Shown here: positions 55,421 to 64,000 of the stretch, piece by piece
Layout of the letters: the number at the start of each line of letters is the position of its first letter
How positions within the stretch are numbered: the first letter of the stretch is position 1
DNA from: Octopus vulgaris
Taxonomy: Eukaryota
Direction of reading: 5' to 3'
Assembly: GCA_951406725.2 (NCBI GenBank)
Contig: OX597817.1
Coordinates: 59,148,001-59,212,000, forward strand
Length of the DNA: 64,000 nt
Position numbers and translations under genes: made by a program
Notes under the pieces: generated by a model
The model's database searches: none
Seen by the model: the letters and a program-made list of their open reading frames with translations, nothing else
Told to the model about the DNA's origin: nothing

Positions 55421-57294
55421 ACAATAATAATAATAGTAATAATAATTCTTTCTACTATAGGCCAATTTGGTTTGAAGTAACTGGAAGAATTTCCTCACTT
55501 TGTGTGTATGTATGTAGGCGAAGGTACTCTGGGTTGAGGTTGGTGAATGTTCATGTCCTAGTGGTTAGGGTTTTACGCTCACGGTTACAAGATTGTGGTT
55601 TCAATTCCCAGACTGAGCGGTAAGTTGTGTTCTTGAGCAAAAACTTTATTTCAAGCTGCTCCGGTTCACTAGATTATCAACGAATAAACCCGAAACAGAT
55701 TAGCGTCTTGTTCAGGGGAAGGGGTGGTCTGTTCCCAGTCACTTACACATTATGGAGAACGGTAACCGGGGCTATGAGACCAAGGCCTCGAGACAGTAAT
55801 TTCTTCTTTTTCCTTCTTTCTTTCTGAGGTTGATGATCTAAAGATCAAGATCCAATCATAAACAGTGAACTAGCTGAGTCGATAAAGCATTGGACAGAAT
55901 GCATTGCAGTAGCTGTGGAGGCTTTTTTGCGTTCTGAGTTCAAATCCAGCCGTAATTAGATTTAATCTGTGGTTAGGTTTAATACCACCACTTACCATCT
56001 TGGGTGATTCTTACAGAATCCACTCTTTTACAAGAACGATCTTCAGGTTAAGGTTTCGTTCCTCCTTCTCTCCCCGGTTCCTACCCACCTGTTTCAGATC
56101 AAGGACGATGCCCTTTCTTCTTGGCGGAAAGATAAACAAAAAGAAAACGCCCCATCACCAAAATTCTATCCAACGCCACCACCACCACCACCACAAACAT
56201 CATCGTCAGCATCACCACCATAATCATTGCCGTCATCATCACCACTAGTCCCCACCAACACCATCACCACTGCCACCAACACCATCATCACTATCATCAT
56301 CATCATCATCATCATCACCATCATTATTATCACAACACCACCACCAGCTAACGAGTCGGTTTCTCTGTTTCTGCTGAAGTCCATACAAATACTTAACGAT
56401 GACTAATACCAAAAGATGGTCCAGCCTCAATCTTTCGACGTTTTGGCAAACTTATACCTCCACCCTCCTCACATCTCTCTCACACACACTCTCCCTCTCT
56501 CTCTCCTTCTCTCTCTCTCTCTCCTTCTCTCTCTCTCTCTCACCTGGAAACTTCCCAAAATACTTGTGAAAACATGAAATGAAAGTATCACCTTAGCTTT
56601 CAGCTAGAGGTCACGGTGCCATCAGTTAGTGTGTGTGTGAGAGAGAGGAGAGAGAGAAAGGGAGGGAGGGGTGTGAAAGAGAGAGAGAGAAGAGAGAGAA
56701 AGGGAGGGAGGGAGTGTGAAAGAGAGAGAGAGAAAGGAGTAAGTGTGTGTGAGTGTGCGTGTGTGTGAGAGTGTGTGTGTGTGTGTGTGTGTGTGCGTGT
56801 GTATGTGTGAGAGAGAAAAGGAGTGAGTGAGTGAGTGTGTGGGAGAGAGAGGAGAGAGAGAAAGGGAGGGAGGGAGTGTGAAAGAGAGAGAGAGAGAAAG
56901 GAGTAAGTGTGTGTGTGTGTGTGTGTATGAGAGAGAGAGGAAGAGAGTGGAAGTGTGTATTAAAGAGTACTTTTCTCTGTGTGTCTGTGTGTGTGTGAGA
57001 GAGAATGAATGTGTGTATGCATGTGTTTGTGATGGAGAGCATATGTGTATAGGAGAGTACAGCAGAATACATGTGAGTACATGTGAGTTCATTTGAGTAC
57101 GCATGCGTATATGCGCATGCGTGTTTGTTTGGGGAGGGGGACATGCGTGTGTCAAATGGTTTATATATGTGTGTCTGTGAGATTATCTGTATGCGTTTTG
57201 CGTGTGTATATGAGAGAGAGAAATGTGTGTGTGTGTGTGTGTGTATAAGCGAGTGTATGTGTTGTATGTACGTGAGTGTGTGTGTGTGTATGTG

Positions 57295-57325
<31 letters not shown>

Positions 57326-57439
57326 ATGTGTGTTTGTGTGTGTGTTGTGTCAGCAAGTTATTAGGTGTGAGTGTGTATGTATGTCAGAGATTCTGTCGGA
57401 GTGCGACGGCGGTGGTGGTGGTGGTGGCGATGTGTGCGT

Positions 57440-57520
<81 letters not shown>

Positions 57521-58347
57521 CATTGGTAGTTATTTTTCCAAGTGTTTTAACTCTTGAAATACCGTCATCCGAAACGGGAAATATGGCTCCACGCATCACA
57601 CAAACCTTCGATCGCGCTGGCGTCTCATCGCATTCAATTCTAAAACCTTGAAAGCGACGGAGACACCGGTTTCAATCGTTCAGCTTTCCTAAATCGAAAT
57701 CTACTGAACACCTACACTCCAATGCCACTCGATGATGAGTCCTCGCCTTCCACATAACTGGGGTGCGGAGAGGAGGAAAGGGAGGAGGAACAAACAGTGT
57801 TGGTACACTTGATGGTCAGCAAAGCATTCAAATGTGTCTGTTACGAGGACGTCCAAACAAATTGGCTGCCTTTGTCTTCAACCGTTTTTCCTCTCATGAG
57901 AGAAACAGTGGGGAGTAGTTTAAGAGTTCATCAAATGGGGCTAGTTGGGGGCCGCAAGAAGGTAAAGATATTCAATCAAATCTGGGATGCTCCAAGCTTC
58001 GGTTTTATCATCCATACTCTTCCTCCGATAAAACAACGACTTTTACATGCCGTCCCTTCCAAAAATGCCTAGCAAGGGTCAACAGACAGCCTAGATACCT
58101 CACAGCAAGCCAACTCTGACTCCATAAGAGAGACCTCGAAACGTAGCCTTGAATGGAATCAGTGTTGTCGCCCTCAGCAACTCAAAGACACAATCGCCAC
58201 ATGTGGCAAGAAAATGTAAACGCGTGAGTGCGTGCGCGCGTGTGTAATCAAGTTATTGCGCGTGTCAGAAAGTACATGTATGTCAGAGTGTATGTTAGTG
58301 TGTGTGTGGTTGTGTGTAAATAGTGTGTGCGTGTGTGGATGTGTGTA

Positions 58348-58390
<43 letters not shown>

Positions 58391-59776
58391 TAGGGGCTCA
58401 GCTTGAAAGCAAAGCTAAAACTCTAGAAGTCACAACAAATTCAATCTCAGAATCGCCCAGAATTTTCCCTGACGAACAAACAATTAACCTGAGCATAGAA
58501 AACTGAATCCCAAATACTGAGATTCAGTTCCAAAATCAGAAAATACTTCAGCCTCCAATAATTGCCAATCCTCGACAAAGTTCAGATGCAAACGAAGATG
58601 GAGTACTGCTTCATTTTTGACCGGTAAAGGTGTTCTACCATTGCTATACACACCCACAGACATTCTCGGTCACATTTAGTTAAACCTTTTCCGGTCCAAA
58701 GCATTTCCATAGCTTCTACCTTTTGCTTGCCACCGCATATTTACTTCGAGTAAGCTCAAGAATTTTCCCCCAAGCATTAAATATATTAACACTGGATTAA
58801 CCCTTTGCTTGTCAAAAGCATTTTCATAAATCTGTCCTAAGCCTTCATGCATATTTTCAGAGTTTTGGTCAGCCCCTTTTTTTCATACGTTTGATTTATA
58901 TATTATTTTCCTTTCATAAGTTACTCGGTAGTTGAAAAAATATTACGAATGAATATCATATATGAAGCACGAACAGCGGGGAAATATGTCCTGTAAGTCA
59001 CAAGTGACACACAGGACAGGTAAAAGATTAAAGGTCACCCGACTGATTGACATCAGGTCATTGACCATCACACACCAGCCTTTATTGCATAAACACGATG
59101 TCCCTCCTCTCCATACATCTAACATGGCCTCTGCTCTTCGGAGCTCGCTGCTCTCGTGTTACTTCCTCTCATGTCCTCCTTACTCATTCCCCCTCGTCAT
59201 CCATATTGCACCCATCATTTCCAAGCCCTGCATTAATTACCAATCTTTCTGATGAGGAAGTGAAGAAGAGGTAACAATCATTCTCGCCCCTTCGTCAACA
59301 TAAAGTCAACTCTCCAGAATTCCTTTTCTGTACAGATTTGGGGGGGAGGGGGAGGCGGTATTTATTTCTCAGCAGCCGTCAGCTTCAAGAAGAGAGACTC
59401 TGGACTACCTGCGAAGGCTATGGGCATGGGCCTTTCCTCGGGACCAAACCCCAAAATTAATAACTAATACAAAAGACGAGAAAAGGCAGCTCCCATGACA
59501 TTTTTCAAGGTCACTGAGATAATAAAGTGTTATTTATTGGGGGGAGTTTCGAGTGCTAGAGCGAAATATTTTTAAAATGGTCCCCAACGCATTGTCCAGA
59601 GGGAAAATATGGTGAGGGGAAGATGGGCAGAATCTTTAAATGGAGATCCTTGTTTTAGGTGTCAGATTCATGGAAGAGCAAGCCTGCCTCCTCAAAGTCA
59701 TGGAAAATCAATGCATCTGCATCCTTGGCGGGGAATTGAAACCCGGTCTCCCGCTTACTACTGAGGATGACACTAA

Positions 59777-60624
59777 TCTACTACATATGTGGGAAATTCT
59801 GTCTGTGTGTGTGTTTGTGGAGTTGTTAGCTAACTCCTCTTACATCACTTTATCGATTTTGATGAATCTTGACACGTGAGTAGAACTCATGTCTGGAAAC
59901 CTCATGACATACTCAGACTGTTGGAAAAAAAAAATCGATGACAGGGCCCCTGGAAGGGATCCTTATATATAGCCAAGGGAAATAACCTATTCAGTTTCCT
60001 AAATTATTTGATAAAAATGAAATTGAGTATGCTTATTTCTTAGCATTTGAACTGTTAGAATTATTTTCGCAATTTATCCAGTACAACCCTTAAACAAGTA
60101 AATAGTATTTTCCTAAACAATAGATCCACTTATTTCGGTTAGTGACTTATTCACGAATATACCAACACTAGCGCCCCTGAGGGTAATATTCTCTGGAAAC
60201 GCACGAAAGCTCTTTTCAGAGTTATTTACTTTGAATTGTTATTATCTCATATGTGATTAGCTTGTTATTACGTAACGTGTTTAGCAATTTTAGTATACAT
60301 ACCTTATTAGTGTTTCTTCCTTTGTTCTATATACTCTGGGAACGCATTAAAACTCTTTTCAGGTTACTTTACTTGAATTCTTACTATCGGGTAACTAATT
60401 TCATGCTATTACATAAATTACTTCACAACTTGAGTATTCATAACTTATTGGGATTTCCTAAAAACAAGATCCTGTGTAAGACAGTTCGATATTCTCTGTA
60501 CATGCACAAAAACCGTTTTAAGGGCTACATAATTTGTATTGTTATTGGATTAGCGAAACAATTATGAGAATGAAACCTAGGGATAAGCCCCACTTTACCT
60601 GGAATTCCGGGGTACGTCAGCTAG
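59777..60624 (+). mobile_element. non-autonomous Helitron (third family)
   Basis: A|TCTACTA 5' end; TACC-GGAATTCC-GGTA hairpin; CTAG|T 3' end; internal ~55-bp direct repeats. Confidence 0.7.
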
Positions 60625-61081
60625 TGTATACAAATAAGCATGTTATAGGGACATTTTTTAATGGATTACTCTCTGACCCTTTCCACAGTCTCTGAGACAG
60701 AAGGAAGGAAGAGCAAAAGTTATACAATGGAGCGAGTACTGAGTCCGAATCCTTACAACAGTGTGGATTACCCATGGGCCAAATGGTGGTGTTAAATAAA
60801 CTGACGGATTAAGTCCGTCACCCTAAAACAAATCAGGCCCCTAACACAGGATTCCTTACAGTTTCTTTAAAATTTCTTTCCTCTAAGCGCAGCCATGGCT
60901 GAATGGTTAAGAAGCTCACTTTGCAACCACGTGATATTGGGTTTAGTCACGTGGTGCGGCACATTGGGCACACCAGTACGGGAATGAAATTTGCGTACAG
61001 GGTACAAACCCAGGTCCAAAATATCTCACAAAAACGGACGATTTTTTTTTTTTCAACCTTATTATCAAAACAAACATAAAT

Positions 61082-61524
61082 GGCGGCGAGCTAGCAGAAT
61101 CGTTCGCTTTCCGAACCAAAAATGCTTTGCGGCATTTCGTCCGTCTTTACGTTCTGAGTTCAAAATTCCGTCCTGGTCGACTTCTGGAGGTCAATAAAAT
61201 TAGTTCCAATTGATTACTGCGATAGATCTAATCGACTTAGCCCCCTCCCCGAAATTGCGAGCCTTGTGCCGAAATCTGAAACCAAATGCAAAACAAACAC
61301 ACGAATAATAATCCTTTCTACTTCGGGGCCAAAGCATGAAATTCTCGGGGGGAGAGTAAATCGATTACATCGATTCCGGTCCTTGACTCTTACTATCATT
61401 GATCCCCCGAAAGGATGAAAGGTAAAGTCGACCTCGGCGGAATTTGAACTCAGAACGTAAAGACAGACAAAATGCCGCTAAGCATTTTGTCCGGCGTGCT
61501 AACCTTTCTGCCAACTCACCGCCT
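61082..61524. mobile_element. tail-to-tail pair of family A SINEs
   Basis: Plus copy at 61082-61285, minus copy at 61315-61524. Confidence 0.85.
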
Positions 61525-61554
61525 TAAACGCAGGCACCTTTTTCTTTTATTTTT

Positions 61555-61745
61555 TATCTTTCATTTGTTTCAGTCATTAGACTGCGGCCATGCTGGGGCA
61601 CCACATTGAAGGATTTTTAGTATCTTTTTTTTTTTTTTTTTTTTGTTAAGACTGGTACTCATTCTATCAGTCTCTCCGCCGAATCACTAGGTTATAGCGA
61701 CGTAAATACACCAACATCGGTTGTCAAGCGGTGGCGGGGGACAAA
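61555..61745 (-). mobile_element. family B SINE 3' part
   Basis: TTTCAGTCATTAGACTGCGGCCATGCTGGGGCACC. Confidence 0.8.
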
Positions 61746-61753
61746 CACCCACG

Positions 61754-61829
<76 letters not shown>

Positions 61830-61830
61830 C

Positions 61831-61883
<53 letters not shown>

Positions 61884-62335
61884 GAGAAGACAGAGACAGG
61901 GACAGAGAGAGACAGAAAGAAACAGAGAGAGAGAGAGAGAGAGAGAGACATAATAAGGGTGGTTGCCTTGTTCCCAATTTTACAACCGAAAGGCAGAAAT
62001 ATATACATTTCTACAATGACTGCGGGCAGTAGTCAGCACCCGTATTGCTAGAAATAAGGGTATTTCAAACATTATGGGTTCTGCTGTTGTTCCCGAGTAA
62101 TATGCTTGGGCAAATTTCTTCTGTAGCCCCTGGGCCGACCAATGCCTTGTGATGGAATTTGCTAAGAGTACCGGCTGAACTCCTCCTCTTTGCGATCCCA
62201 CCACTGCTCAAAGTTGTGCTGAATCAGGACTGCCCAGGGGTTAAACAACAACAACAACAGCAAACTTTACTAAAAAGTTGTAAGAATATACATCCATAAC
62301 AGAAAAAAAGCTAGTTTCCACGAAAATACTATTGT

Positions 62336-62404
<69 letters not shown>

Positions 62405-62679
62405 GTAATTCAGATCTTTACCTGACAGCAGGTTTTAGTGTTGTCTGTCTGTCTGCCTGTCTGTGCGTCTGAAATGATTCATAGTTCAGGTATGCAACCG
62501 GTGCAAGCCTCCCACCCACCCACCTACACACCCACCACCCCACCCACCCACCACTGCCACCAACCCATAACACCTCTCGAAAAAAACACGAACGTAGATT
62601 ATTTACCTGTACCATACATAAATGCGTGAGTGCGTATATACGTCTGTCTGTATGTGCGTATGTGTACACACACACACAC

Positions 62680-62734
<55 letters not shown>

Positions 62735-62882
62735 TATATGTGTGTATATAGGTACACACAAACATATACCTAACAACTAACCAGCCCCACCCCTCCGTCC
62801 GTCACTCACCCCCTACCTTAATAAACCTGCCTAACATACCTATCTCCCCCTCTCTCCATTAACCTAACCAACTTTCTCCCCT

Positions 62883-62927
<45 letters not shown>

Positions 62928-63136
62928 CTATCTCCCTCTACATTCATCAACATACCTCACCTACCTGCTATGCAAGCTCTGCAAAAGCAGGCCTCCGTTT
63001 CCCTTCCAGCAAAGTAATACCGCCTCCACCATATCCACCACCACCACCACCAATCTTCTATCCTCCTCGTCTCTTTCTCTCTTTCACTCCCTCTCTCTCT
63101 TGCCCCTGTACCTCTATCCTCTCGCTCTCTCTCTCG

Positions 63137-63169
<33 letters not shown>

Positions 63170-63386
63170 CCTCTCTCTTTCTCACACACACGCTCTCGCC
63201 TTCATATTTTCTTTTACTTCACAGAAGGTGTTCCTCTTTACCTATATACAAACACACACACACATAAACACACATACATACACACATACAAACACTCGCA
63301 CAGATATACATAAACACACACACACACACACTTTCACAAGCCCATTGATACACGCATACACGCACAAATGCACGCATACACACACA

Positions 63387-63731
63387 TTTTCATAAACATT
63401 GTCTATTTCATGCAAGTAAAATAAAACTGAATATGGATCCCCGTCGCTTTCGACGACGAGTACTTGAGTTACACACACACATAAACACACATGCGTACAC
63501 ACATTCATGGGCGCACGCATACGAACACTCACACAGATATACATATACACACACGCACACACGAGTACATAAACACACACACGCGCATTCAGAAGCCCAT
63601 TGATACACACAAGCACGCACAAATGCACACATAGACGCATACACACACATTTTCATAAACACATTGTCTATTTCATGCAAGATAAAACTGAATATGGATC
63701 TCCGTCGCTTTCGACGACGAGTACTTGAGTT
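63387..63731. repeat. ~260-bp-period tandem duplication in a CA-rich tract
   Basis: ATTGTCTATTTCATGCAAG..GAATATGGATC..CGTCGCTTTCGACGACGAGTACTTGAGTT occurs twice. Confidence 0.85.
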
Positions 63732-63763
63732 GTTCGATCAACATGTGTACCCTTAGTGTAATT

Positions 63764-63850
<87 letters not shown>

Positions 63851-64000
63851 ATGCATACATGGGCTTCTTTCAGTTTCCGTCAACCAAAATCCAGTCACGG
63901 CACGTTATACGTCAATTACTTTAGCATGCCGGGCAAAAGGCTTAACGGCATTTCGTGCAGCTTTACGCTTTGAGTTCAAATTTCGCAGAGGTCAACTTTG

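Overview
This window is repeat-dominated, AT-rich eukaryotic non-coding DNA. The tRNA-derived SINE families and the very dense (TA)n/(CA)n/(TAGA)n/trinucleotide microsatellites suggest a cephalopod (octopus-like) genome; this is an inference. I found no convincing host protein-coding exon, and nearly all ORFs in the supplied track are microsatellite read-throughs. Recognisable transposon relics are two Tc1/mariner elements with TIRs, a piggyBac transposase fragment, four non-autonomous Helitrons, CR1/L2, RTE and R4/Dong LINE fragments, a Penelope GIY-YIG fragment and many SINEs. The most notable signal is about a dozen type I hammerhead ribozyme (HHR) motifs, read by eye, in short AT-rich non-coding elements inserted in (TA)n tracts. 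These elements often form an inverted copy plus tandem copies (units of about 360, 561 and 645 bp). They have palindromic stem III sequences that differ between families, very variable stem II insertions, a recurrent CCGANGA core variant and a shared 3' terminal motif. One of them lies downstream of, and on the same strand as, the Penelope GIY-YIG ORF, which suggests a Penelope-driven retrozyme-like system. Separately, a SINE 3' tail shares a stem-loop with compensatory changes with the 3' ends of two CR1 LINEs in the window.
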